Shown: piece by piece, positions 1 through 13,109 of the stretch | Position numbering within the stretch: the first letter of the stretch is position 1 | Layout: each line of letters opens with the position of its first letter | Source: the human T2T-CHM13v2.0 reference genome, Homo sapiens | DNA: 64,000 nt | NCBI RefSeq assembly: GCF_009914755.1 | Contig: NC_060941.1 | Strand: one strand, 5' to 3' | Position numbers and translations under genes: made by a program | Notes under the pieces: generated by a model | Seen by the model: the letters and a program-made list of their open reading frames with translations, nothing else | Databases searched by the model: none | What the model was told of the DNA's origin: nothing

Positions 1-433
1 GACTCTCCCCTCCCTGAGAGTCCTCCTGCCCTCCAGCTGCCCGGGCTCCTGCTGCCATCGGTGCCCACGAATGGGCCGACCAAGCCCAGGTGGCAGCATC
101 TCCCCATCCCCTGTTCCCCGGCCCGACCCCACTACCAGGAGATGACCGGGAAGCCCAGCGCCCACCCAGTTCCGGCCACCCTGTCGTGGCCTGAAAGTCA
201 GGCTTGCCCTTTTTGCACCCTGGCCCAGGAGGCCTCCAGGGGAACCTCCAGCCAGGCTCCAGGGAATGTTCCCGCCCACCTCCCCAGGGTAAAGGCCGCA
301 TGTTGGGGTCACCAGATGGGAGGGTGGGAGGCCTTGGGGTTTGGGGGCCTCTCCAGCTGCCCAGCTCTTGCAGCTGATGGCTCCACATCTTGGGGGAAGG
401 CTCTGATTTCATGATGGGCTGGGGGCTTCTCAG

Positions 434-3400
434 GATTTCACAGCCCAAATGGCGGGACCGTCCAGGGGCTCCAAGACCAACAGGAGCATGTGGTAGCCAC
501 GTCACAACCCAAGACCATGGGGCATCAGGTGAGTTTATGGTCCCCTCAGCTCTTCCCAGAGGCCCTGCCTCCCGTGGGGCTGTAGGAGCAGGGGGGCTGG
601 AGCCCCTCGTGGGGCTGGTGACTGGCTGAGTCCCAGCCAGGGCCTGACCTGGGACGTCGGGTTCTCCATGGGCTGGGAGTTGGTTTCCTTTCCTGCCCTG
701 GAGGAGACAGAGGCACAGGGATGGGGGCCCAGCTCCCGCAGAGCAGGGCAAAGGGCAGTGTGTCCACCGGGAGTGTGGGAAGGTGACAGTGTTGTGGGGA
801 GCTCTGGACACCGCCCAGTGTTCTGCACTAGGGGAAGGGTCTTCAGAGGCCCTGGAAGAGGGAGGTTTTTAGGGCAGCCCAGTGGCCTGAGCACCTCTGT
901 TGCTTCCATCAGGACAAGAAAGATCTATGTGGGCAGTGTTCCCCGTTAGGCTGCCTCATCCGGATATTGATTGACGGGGTAAGGAGGCATAGGGAGACCC
1001 TGGCTCAGGGACCTTCCTTGCCCTGCAGTGCCCTGCTTCCCCAGCCCGGGGGTCTGGCTCACTCCCAGCCCACAGGAGGCTCAGGCGGGTCCCCAAAGGA
1101 CACACAAGCAAAACCCTCTGCCCAAGGGGGGTCATCCCAGGGCCATGGCTGGGGCTCAGGCCCAGCCTCATGGGCAGACTGGGCCAGGACCCGACTTGAG
1201 AGGGCTCAGGGAAGCCTCAAGCCCTGGGCAAGCCCCTCTCTCCAGGAGCCACATCCCCACTCAAATGAGTGCCCCCCATGAGGAGCTTCAAGACCTTGTC
1301 TGACCCAGCGTCCTGGAGGGCTCAGGCGACCCTCATGGGGAAGGTCACTGACTCTGGAGACTGAAGCCCCAGTGTGCGCAGCTCGAGCCACCAGCCCCAG
1401 CCTGGAAGGACCAGGTTCTTTCACACCTGCTGTCCCCACAGATCTCTCTCGGGCTCACCCTGCGCCTGTGGGACGTGTATCTGGTAGAAGGCGAACAGGC
1501 GTTGATGCCGATAACAAGAATCGCCTTTAAGGTTCAGCAGAGTAAGTCTACGTGTGCCCAGCGGGGCCTGGGGAGCCCTGGGGTCAGACCCCGACTGGCC
1601 CGAGGGCAGCTTCCTCACACTGTCCTCATGATCCTCTGTTCTGGCCCAGAGGGAGGTCTGGCCAGGTGGGCTGGGCAGGACACTGTGACACCGAGCCCAT
1701 CCCCCACATGACCCAGATGAAAGTCGAGAGTGTGGTGAGCACTTCCCTGTCCGGATCGCCCCCCAGCCACAGTCTCCTGTATATATCTGGACACCTGGGG
1801 TGGCCACAAAAGGATCCGGCACCGCCCAGTAGGAGACTGAAGTGGCCACGGGGTATGAGCTGTGACCATTCCCAGGTAACTCCCCTGGCCTGATATCCAC
1901 CCTGTCCCTAGAGCGCCTCACGAAGACGTCCAGGTGTGGCCCGTGGGCACGTTTTTGCAACCGGTTCGTTGATACCTGGGCCAGGGATGAGGACACTGTG
2001 CTCAAGCATCTTAGGGCCTCTATGAAGAAACTAACAAGAAAGCAGGGGGACCTGCCACCCCCAGGTGGGCTCCAGTGCCATGTCCCCTCCCATGTCACCC
2101 TCTGGGGTAGTCAGTAGTAGGGGAGTGCCCGGGACCCGCAACCCTACTACCTGGGCCTTCCTCTTCACCTTTTCTTCCTCCTCTTCCTCCTGGACTCTAA
2201 GAAAGTACAGGAGGCCCACCGGTCCTCAGGGCAGGCGCTCAGTGCGTGTATACTGGACATGCTGTGCACGCAGGAGGGGGATGTGGGCAAGACCCTCCAA
2301 CAAGCCCCCTCCCACTTTCCACGGTGTCTCCCTCTCCCCCTCGCAGGGCCCTCCAAGTTACTAGACGAGCCCAGACCCATTTGTGGGAGACCCCGCCCCT
2401 CCCTGCAAGCACCCACAGCCTCAGAGAGCAGCAGAGGCCCCTCACTCCTGCACGCTCCTCCAAGGTTGCCAGGACAAGAAGCCTGGAGCCAGGGAGACAA
2501 GGGAATCCGTGTCCCTGACCCACAGAGCATTCAGGGAGAGGGCACAGGCGGGACCCCGGGCCCAGAGCCAGAGCCAAGAGTTCAGCCAGAAGTGGGAACG
2601 GTCAGTCCTGGCATGGACTGGGCAGCCCAGGAGGGCAGAGGGTGACCCACGTCCGGGCCCAATCACCCACTGCGGAGACGGGTCCCCACGTGAGGTGACA
2701 AGGGGCTGGGTGACATCCAAGGCCCCTCCCACCTGAGTTCTGACTGGGGGCCGTATCCCAGGCCCAACAGCCCTGGGACGAAGGTGTGTGGCAGGAAGCC
2801 CCCAGCCAGTCTGAACCCTGGGGGCAGTCCCAGGAGCCACCCGCCATGCCACGACAGCTTCCCCACGCCAGGCAGCACGCACCCCTCCCTCTGGGATCAG
2901 CAGACTACAGGCGTGTCCTCGGTGTCAGGCCACGGGGGCCACACAGAGACCCCGAGGACTCCAGAGACGCAGGCAGGTGGGGCCCAGCCCGGAAAGGCCT
3001 GCGTGGGCTCACTGGAGATGCTGACCGCGTCTGTTTTCCTTTCAGCCAAACCCGAGCAAGGGTCGTCGGCATCCAGGCCTGTGCCGGCTTCACGTGGCGG
3101 GAAGACCCTCTGCAAGGGGGACAGGCAGGCCCCTCCAGGCCCACCAGCCCGGTTCCCGCGGCCCATTTGGTCAGCTTCCCCGCCACGGGCACCTCGTTCT
3201 TCCACACCCTGTCCTGGTGGGGCTGTCCGGGAAGACACCTACCCTGTGGGCACTCAGGGTGTGCCCAGCCCGGCCCTGGCTCAGGGAGGACCTCAGGGTT
3301 CCTGGAGATTCCTGCAGTGGAACTCCATGCCCCGCCTCCCAACGGACCTGGACGTAGAGGGCCCTTGGTTCCGCCATTATGATTTCAGACAGAGCTGCTG

Positions 3401-3614
3401 GGTCCGTGCCATATCCCAGGAGGACCAGCTGGCCCCCTGCTGGCAGGCTGAACACCCTGCGGAGCGGGTGAGATCGGCTTTCGCTGCACCCAGCACTGAT
3501 TCCGACCAGGGCACCCCCTTCAGAGCTAGGGACGAACAGCAGTGTGCTCCCACCTCAGGGCCTTGCCTCTGCGGCCTCCACTTGGAAAGTTCTCAGTTCC
3601 CTCCAGGCTTCTAG
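434..3614 (+). CDS. TBC1D3E: TBC1D3 paralog (left copy), 3' part only: coding exons 434-528, 913-978, 1442-1541, 1912-2064, 3046-3614; the 5' exons lie outside the window
   Basis: All exons have GT-AG boundaries and splice in frame to the TBC1D3 C-terminal half (GFHSPNGG... / DKKDLCGQ... / [11 protein letters not shown]... / [11 protein letters not shown]... / AKPEQGSS...SSQFPPGF*). Family assignment is firm. The paralog letter E is inferred only from the remembered layout. Confidence 0.92.
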
Positions 3615-3905
3615 AAGCATCTGGGCCAGGGCTCATGGCTGGATAATTTCCCTAGGCTTAACAACCCAAGCAAGCTTCGCATCCTCGTTTTATTTTTGGT
3701 TAAACTTATGAAAATGTATTAAGAAAGAGTGCAGCTCGAGAGAGATTCAGAGATGGAACACACCAGACCCCAGATCACAAAGCCAACCATGCCCAGCCCC
3801 TCCCAGCACCCCCAGCCCCACGACCATCGTTCTGAATTCTGACGACACCGTGAGCCTGCCTTTGTACTTCAAACTCATGGAAGGATAACCACCTTCATGT
3901 TTTGA

Positions 3906-3911
3906 AATAAA
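3906..3911 (+). terminator. Polyadenylation signal of left TBC1D3 copy
   Basis: AATAAA about 290 nt after the TAG stop. Confidence 0.8.
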
Positions 3912-4041
3912 TGTTTCCTGTTGAAATGATTTTAGATTTTAGACAGAAATATTGAAAAGGCACTATAGTATCCTCCTATACCTTCCATCCAGCTGCCCCT
4001 AATAATGATGTTTTGCAGTCCCATGGCACATAAGAAATTTA

Positions 4042-4340
<299 letters not shown>

Positions 4341-5708
4341 TTTAAGAAATTTAATGTGGGTACAGTTCTATTAACTAAATAATAATGTGAACTATTATCT
4401 AAGGTTATGAAGGCTAGAATTATCCCATTTTTGCCTAACTTCTCGTACCTGTCCCAAGATCCCACCTTGGACTCACCCTCTGCCTTCAGCTCACGTCTCT
4501 TCAGCTTCCTCCACATGGTCCAGCAAACACACACCTGGGCTGAATGGTAGAGCTGATCGCTCATACACAAAGGTAGACCGGTGGGCAGGGATTTTCAGAC
4601 TTACACAGTCAATGAGTTTTCCTTGGTGTTCTGGAGAGCACCGTTTGAGAAACACTTTGACAGTGAATCTAGGCCTCAAGATCCATCAGCTGCTCTAGCT
4701 TGAATTTTGCTCAAGCTCAGTGAACACCTGCTCTGCCGGGTGCACGTGAAAGGGGCAAGGATGAGAAAGCTGTAGATAAAGAAGACAGGACGCAGGGGGT
4801 CTGTCTAAGCTCTATCCCCTGCCTTCAGCACTGAGGGATGAAATCCAACTCTTAGGGAACGGTGGCCACGTGCTGGGCCAGCCCCAGGCTCTCAGGATCT
4901 GACAGTGGGTGACGCAGAGCCAGGCCTTGCCCCTGGGGAGCTCTCCAGCATACACCTCCCTCTCCCCTCCCAGCGTGCCGCAAAGCAGGCGTCAACGCCA
5001 TTGTTAATGCACGGAGGAGGAACCTGACTGTTAGACCTGGGTTTTCCAGGGTTGCACGGCTTCTGGGAGACGGATGTGACCCTGAGGACAGGGCACAGGC
5101 CAGTGTAATGCCAGGATGGAATGAGCTGTGATCTGTGCTGTATAGAGGCCTAGGCCAAGGTGGGACTGACGGATGACCAGGTCAGCCGGGTCACTGAAAA
5201 CACTCTTGGGTCCTCACCTGCCGGTTCCCAGGAGTCCGGAACTGCCAGGAGAGTGGTGGCAGGTCCCCCATCCTCAGCTGGGTGGGCCTGGATAGAACAG
5301 CAAGGCGAGGGCACATTTCCCTGGCCATTCCCTCCAGGCACAGCCGTGACCTGTTCATTCCAAATTTGTGGAAGTATTTCCACACACACAGAACTGCAAA
5401 TAGCAGTGGACATGGTGAGAGGCGTTTGCACACGGGATAGGCAGGATTTTGGAGGCAGAGCCTCCAGGGCTTGCCGATGGGTTAGCTGCAGGGCTTGAGA
5501 GGGAACGGAGAATCCAGGATGATGTGTTCAAATCGGTCCATTCACCTCTTCCGTTCCACGCCTGTGCTGGGCACTGGGAGAGACAGATGCACACAGGAGC
5601 CCCGGCCGAGGGGAGGTGTGGGGGGAAGCCCAGAGTGTCTGGGCAGGGTAGGAAACCCAGAGCGTCTACTGGGAGCTGAAGGCTTAGGTCCACCTGGGTG
5701 CCGTCCAG

Positions 5709-5813
5709 GTTCTCTGCATGTAGAAGTATAGGCTGAGCTTCCCGGAGGAGGAGCAGCTGCTGTTGCTGGTGACCAGCACATTCAGGAACGGAGACTACTC
5801 TGTCAACAGACAG
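5709..5813 (+). pseudogene. NOS2 exon 15 remnant (FMN-binding domain)
   Basis: After CCGTCCAG| it reads VLCM*KYRLSFPEEEQLLLLVTSTFRNGDYSVNRQ versus iNOS [35 protein letters not shown]. 105 nt, one in-frame stop, donor GT mutated to GG. Confidence 0.88.
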
Positions 5814-6183
5814 GGGGATGACCTGAGGTCTGGATGGTCTAGGGGGTGGTAGGGCCCAGGAGGACCCAGGAAAGGGTCTCGGGGATGCAGAACATCCTAT
5901 GGAGGGCATTTGGGAGTCAGTGCTCAGGCCACTCCGGGTCACGCAGGTCATTTGCCGGCCTCTGTCATAATTATTGCCATATGAGAGTGCCACCTTTCCT
6001 GTGACATAATTCAGCCATTCCTGTGAATGGCCTACCTGTTTATATTTACAACTTCATGTTTAAAGGAAATTTGTATCACTCTCATAAATGGAAAGCCAGC
6101 AAAACATAAATTCAATGAAAACAAAATGAAGTCAATGAACTTTAGCTAGATACTATTCCCTGACCAAGGCCTGCTGGAGGCCG

Positions 6184-7353
6184 TACAACCGGGGTTTGAA
6201 TTGAGATCTGCCAAGCTTCTGAGTTTATTCTGTTTCCCCCACACCAAGGATCCTCAATACTGCATTACTGACATCAGGGGCCAGACAATTCTTTGCGATG
6301 GGGGCTGTCCTGCACCTGGCAGGATGTTTAGCAGCTTCTCTGGCCTCCACCCACTGGAAGCCAGGGGAATGCAGAAGAGGCTTGCTTATTCTCCCATTTA
6401 ATGCTCAGGACAATATCTGACATCAATGTTACGTCTTTTATTTTATAAATGAAGACAATGAGACTCAGAAAGGTTTAAGTGAGTCACCTAAGAACACACA
6501 GACAGCAAGAGGTAGAACCCGAAACTGAACACAGGTGTCCACGAGACAACAAAAAAGTTCAGGTTCCAGCTTCCTTTGAGTCTCTCATTTCAACAATGGC
6601 CATCGTCTGCATACGAGCTGAAGTACAGGAAAGCTGGGCTGAACTCTCTTCCCATCAGGCCTAGGAGCCCCAGACCAGAACCCCAGCCCAAGTTCTCCCA
6701 GTCAGGCCCGCTGGAGGGAGCTGGCATCTACACTAGCATGGTTTCTCAAAGCTACAGGGATGCCAGTCTCGCTGCTGATGAAGAAAATGAAGGGCATTTG
6801 CTTCTCCTGCAGGCTGTCGGGATTTAACACAGATTCCTTTTCTTGCTCTCTTCTCCCATAGCACAAAACTGGGTGGTCCATCCCCCTCCCAGTGTCCCAA
6901 GGCTTTGTTGCGTGTTCTCTTTAATTTCTCCCACTCTCGCAGTGCACCCTACCCTCGTCTCCCTGGCAACCTTTCTGCTCTATCCTCTCGCCACCTGGAT
7001 CACAAGAACACTTGTGAGACCCCTTAACAAGCTACATCCCAAATTATCATTCCCCTTTGTCCTCAGCCAGTGCCCGGGTCCAACTCGCTCTCCTGGGGTG
7101 ACTTTCTTTCCTGCCCAATATGGTTTCATCATCTGTAAATTGGGGATAATTGAAGTCTTGATCCTGATATTGGGCTCTGAAAGCAGAAGTAGCAAGCTCA
7201 GCCAAGTCACTTCAACAAGAGGAGACGTTCCTTGTGAACCAAAAGGGCACTGGTCACAAGGGCCGCTCCTTCTCTCAGGCCTCTCCAGCACGCCCTTGGC
7301 TCAGCCAAAGAAGAGACTCAGGCTGTGCTTCTGTGCTGTGGGGATAACGTAGG
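6184..7353 (+). repeat. ~1.17 kb direct duplication, copy A (partner 40863-42036); contains MER20 and MIR fragments
   Basis: Colinear with 40863-42036 at roughly mid-90s % identity by eye; parallel ORFs 6843-7352 and 41524-42036. Confidence 0.93.
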
Positions 7354-8073
7354 TACCTGGTCCTTGACCCTGGGACTTTAACAGTTCCCTCTTGTGGCTC
7401 AGTTCTACAGCTTCAATGACACAAAGTGGCTTTTGCTCAAAATAGCCTTTGATAGGTTAAGGTACTCCTCTGCCACTCTAAGTCTGTGTGGAACAGACAG
7501 GGTTTTGCTTCACAGAGAAGATGCATAAAATTTGGTCTTAAAAATGAGTTCACCATGCACACATACACACGAAAAAAGTAAATACTGCATTACTGTATAT
7601 ATGAGGTTCCAAAATAGGCAAAACTAATTTATGGTGACAGAATAGTGGTGACCTCTGAGGGTCAGTGTTGACTGGGAGAGAACAGAAGAGAGCCTACTGG
7701 GGTGCTGGAAATGTTCTGTATCTTAATTTTGCAGGATAATTCCTTGGATGCATCCCTAAAAATTCAGTCAAGCTATATAGTAAGATTTGTGCAGTTTATG
7801 TAAGTAATAGGAGAGATAAGAGGGGGAACCTGTGGAGAAGCAGAACATTTCAAGATCTAGAAAGCAACAGTTGCAAGGGTACACAGTGTTCAGACAGGGA
7901 CCAAATCATAGAAACTACTAGGGCTTGCCATGCTGAAATGACTGACTTCAAACCATAGGGCATACGTACCTTCCACTGAAGAAGAGCACCTGAGTAAAAT
8001 GACTAGAGGTGCATTTCAAAGATTATTCTATGGGAAATATAAAGAACGAATTGGAGGAGTAGGAGGCAAATAG

Positions 8074-8409
<336 letters not shown>

Positions 8410-9146
8410 TAAAATGTTGATGTAATAAATGGGACTACCTAGTGCTGTGCTTTCTCCTTAAAGGAGAGAGCTGACAGAATAAAACTAGCAGTAATAATCT
8501 GGTAAATTGTGCTTTCTACAGAGTAAATTTTGTTTGTCTCATGACATTTATGCAAATATTCAAATGTTTCAGGAATATAAACATTTAAAATTTGGGTTAT
8601 AAATAATGCCTCCTGGCTCTGAAATTATCTGAATTCATGAAGCAATCAGTAGTAAATATGAAGGAAAAATGAAACACAGCCTTATATGCAAGGACAAACA
8701 CAAATTTCTAATTCTTGTTATAATTTGGGTGCCCACCTGGTTTTGAAGGTGAGCCTTGGTTTGACTGGTTCTGAGACATTTCTCTCAAATAGCAAATGAG
8801 TAGTGGGTATGAATAGGGTACATTGGAAAGTCATGTCAAAATTCCATGTAATTTTTGGAGCGTTTTTTCTCCCATATGATTTATATAATTTGACATGTGT
8901 ATTCCTATGTAAAATATTTAACCACTTCTCTACAATAAGCATTAAGTGGGCTAATTAGTATGCTCTTCTTATTCCATATTTCTGTGATTTCTCTTATCTG
9001 GAACGACTTTTTTATGCCACCCAGGCTGGAGTGCAGTGGCACATTTACTGCTCACTGCAGCCTCAACTCCCCAGGGTCAAGCCATCCTCCTATTTCAGCT
9101 TCCCTAGCAGCTAGGACTACAGGTGTGCACCACTATGCCCTGCTAA

Positions 9147-9287
<141 letters not shown>

Positions 9288-9300
9288 TAATTTGTTTTTA

Positions 9301-9349
9301 TTCTGAGATCAGATGAGATCGGCATGTTCAGGTTGGTATGGCCATAGAC
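9301..9349 (-). pseudogene. 5S rRNA pseudogene fragment (first ~50 nt)
   Basis: Minus strand GTCTATGGCCATACCAACCTGAACATGCCGATCTCATCTGATCTCAGAA versus 5S GTCTACGGCCATACCACCCTGAACGCGCCCGATCTCGTCTGATCTCGGAA, followed by an A-rich tract. Confidence 0.88.
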
Positions 9350-10609
9350 TGCTTTTATCTATTCTAATAATTTTGTATTGTACAATGTGTTGGAAAGGCA
9401 AGATGAAGTTAGATTATGAAGGGTTCATTTCCATTCAATTCTGTCTATCCTTCTGGACTTTGCCTAAATCTTACCTTCTTTGGAGCTTTCCTGAACTAAC
9501 TTATCTCCTTTGAATTCTTACATTTGGATCCTTTGTATTTGAGTATTTTTACATATATATGTACATAAATAACACGTTTTATGTGTAGTAATTTACTCTC
9601 CCAACTAGATTGAAAGCTGCTTGAAGAGTAACCTTTTTTTAAAGTCACATTGGACCGTTTTAAGTACAAATTTAGCATATGCTTGATGATTGAGAGAAGA
9701 ACCATATGGTTACAGTCATTGGTGTGTCTATGATTGTGATATGTTGCTATTTAAAAATCAATAGTTATTTCTTATTTAGTTTTCTGTTAAGCCATAACCT
9801 TTTGCTCTCATTTATACGTCTTCTGAACGTTAAGTAACATGTGGCTCATATTTCAAACTCCCAATTTGGAAGTTTATAGCAATGTAACTGAAGTTTATAA
9901 TTACAGGTCTCAGAAAACTGCACTACACAGAAGTTCTCTATGTGTTAGAAGAATTTATTAGAAGATAGACAATTGTAGGTTACACTGTAATTTAGAAGAC
10001 TTTTGCGCATCTCATGTATTTGTGTCAGTTTGAGAATTTGAAAATGCCCCCAAAATGTCTGTTCTTCACTAGTGCCTCTTGTGATCCTGGCAGAGATAAG
10101 CTAAACTTTTGAAAGGGTAGACTTTTTCTGTTTATCTTAGTATCCTGAGTCCCTAAATCTGGAATGTAGTAGATGTTTGTGCATTTCCCTATGTCAGTGA
10201 AGTCAAAATACTAGAGGTGGATTTTTCAGCTTTTCAAAGTTTTCACATTTACTAAGTCCTTCACAGTTATCGCCTACTAGTTAAAAAACTATTTGCCTCA
10301 ATTTAGGCCAGTGCTACTTTGACATTTGCATTGCTGTAAAACCCTTACTAAAAGGTATATTTTTCTGGTATATAAATACATGTATGCAGCTTTTCTCATA
10401 TCTTTGAGAAAGCAAAAAATTGTACTAAATTATGATTTCCACTGTAATAGGATTATGGCTTAGTCATGATCAGTATTATGTTTTCAGCTATGTCTTACTA
10501 GGATTATTGTAAAAGACTTTCAAAATAGTTCATGTGAATCTTTGTCTGATCTTCACAAACTCGGGTATGTACATAGCTCTCCCCCACCTTCTCCTGGCTT
10601 TGGCAATTT

Positions 10610-11655
10610 ATTTTATTTTTATTGTGGTTATATATATATATATATATAAAACATACCATTTACCATTTGAACTATTTTAAAAAGTGTACAATTAGTGGCA
10701 TGAAGTACATTCACAATATTGTATAACCATCACCACTGTCCATTTCCAGAACTTGTTCATCATCCCAAACAGAAATTCTCTATCCCTTTTCTTCCCCAGC
10801 CCCTGGTAACCTCTATTCTACTTTCTCTTTTTATGAATTTGCCTATTCTAGACACTTCATGGAAATAGAATCAAACAATATTTGACCTTTCTTATTTCAC
10901 TTAGGATAATGTTTTCAAGGTTTATCCATGTTGTAGTACATAGCAGAATTTAATTTCTTTTTTTGACTGAATAATTTGTATATACTACATCTTGTTTATA
11001 CATCCATCTGTTGATGGGACATATTTGGGTTGTTTCCACCTTTTGGCTATTGTGAATAATGTTGCTGTGAACACTGGTGTGCAAATATCTATCTGAGTCC
11101 TGCTTTCACTTCTTTTGGATATAAACCTAGGAATGGAATTGCTGGGTCATATGGTAATTCTATATTTAACCTTTTAAGGAACAGCTAACCTGGTTTCCAC
11201 GGCTTCTGTACCATTTTATATTTCTACCAGCAATGCACAAGTGCTCCTTCCATTTTCTCCATATCTACCCAATACTTGTTATTTTCTGTTTTCTTTCAAT
11301 TAATAACCATCCTAATGGGTGTGACATAGTATTGTCATTTTGATTTTTAGCTTCCTAATGGCTAGTGCTAATGAGCATTTTTTTATGTGCTATTGGTCAT
11401 TTGTATGTCTTTTTTGGAGAAATGTCTGTTCAATCCTTTGCCCATTTTTGAATTGAGATGTGCGCTTTTTTGTTGTTGAGTTGTAGTTCTGTAGTTCTTT
11501 ATACATTCTGGATATTATTCTCACATCAGATATATGATTTACAAATATTTTCTCCCAAATACTTCTGTGGGTTACAGATATATTAATATCTGTAGATTGT
11601 CTTTCATGGTCTTGATAGGATCTTTTAATGCCCAAAAGTTTCTAATTTTGATGAA
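10610..11655 (-). mobile_element. Old L1 (L1M-type) 3' fragment
   Basis: L1 3'UTR and ORF2-end sequence; ORF 11390-11635 contains WEKIFVNHISD. Confidence 0.85.
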
Positions 11656-12806
11656 ATAATGTATGTAGCTTTGAACTTAAACAATGTTACAGATTGCGCA
11701 AAGGATATAACCATGAAATTCTGATGGAGTGACCCCACAGCTGCAGAAAACCAGAAAGAACCCTACTCTAAAACCCAAAAGACTTCCCTAGATAGAGTCC
11801 TTCGAAAATAATTTTCTAAATTATTCACACAGCCTGTGGATAAATTAAGAGGAAATGATATCTGTAACAGTGCTGCTTGTGATGAAAACACAGAAGAGTC
11901 AATTATATTATCAAATCTTAGCTGGAATGGAAAATCAGGAGGATATTTATTAGCAAACATTAATAAAAGGTTGGCCTTTATTATTGTAAGCATGTACACA
12001 GACGACAGCATGTAGTCTCTACCATAAGAATGAGAAATGCCTCCTATCTTTATGAATTCTGAAATTTAACCTTTCTTAACCCAATTGCTGTAAGGGCCTA
12101 GGGTTTATTTGTTATGTGTGTTATTGGAGTAGAGACTGTTTGAAGGTTAAGGGGGTATTTAGTGATGCAAGTGACATTTATATGTTTTAAAATCTTCTGC
12201 TTTTCTAGGCACTTTTTAAAATGAAATGCTATATTTTTAAACTTTTAAAAATTATTTTTATTATTTTTTGCAGAGATGAGGTCTTGCTGTGTTGCCCAAG
12301 CTGTTCTCAAACTCTTGGCCTCAAGAGATCCTCCTGCCTTGGCCTCCCAAAGTGCTGGGATTACAGGCGTGAACCACGTGCCTGGCCCAAACTTTTTAAA
12401 GACTTTATTTCTGGAGGCAGGTTCTCAAAAGATATCCTATCTTAATGGGCATATATAGAGAGAGAGTAGTAGGTGAGTTTAAGGGGGATGTAAATATTGG
12501 CCGAAAGAGGTTTCTTTTAGGTATATAACCCCTCAAATGTAGCCCTTTGGATATCAAAAGTTTATTATGGCAATGTTCTTTGTGCATTTTTATTCGATGT
12601 TGTCAGCCATTCATCTAATAACTCTTCAGAAGATTTTGTCTCTGGGCAGTGGCATTTTATAACTTCCTATATGGAAGAAAACTTTTATCCAACTGATAAC
12701 TGATATGCCAATGTGTTAGTATGAAAAAATTTTCCCAACATTCTTACCAGGTGTGGTGGCTCAACCTGTAATCCCAGCACTTTGGGAGGTGGAGTCGGGC
12801 GGATCA

Positions 12807-13109
<303 letters not shown>

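Noticed and set aside
2784-3045. N-terminal part of the 276-aa ORF
   Set aside because: Intronic open frame upstream of the exon 14 acceptor at 3046
5355-5993. 212-aa ORF conserved in both arms (also 44659-45297)
   Set aside because: Identity only reflects the recent duplication; the real signal is the NOS2 exon on the opposite strand
6545-6564. AACAAAAAAGTTCAG|GT resembling the end of NOS2 exon 16
   Set aside because: Match too short, and the upstream part does not fit KLKKSLFMLKEL
6843-7352. Hydrophobic 169/170-aa ORF pair (with 41524-42036)
   Set aside because: TTG start, partly MIR-like sequence, no recognisable family; two similar copies are weak evidence of coding constraint
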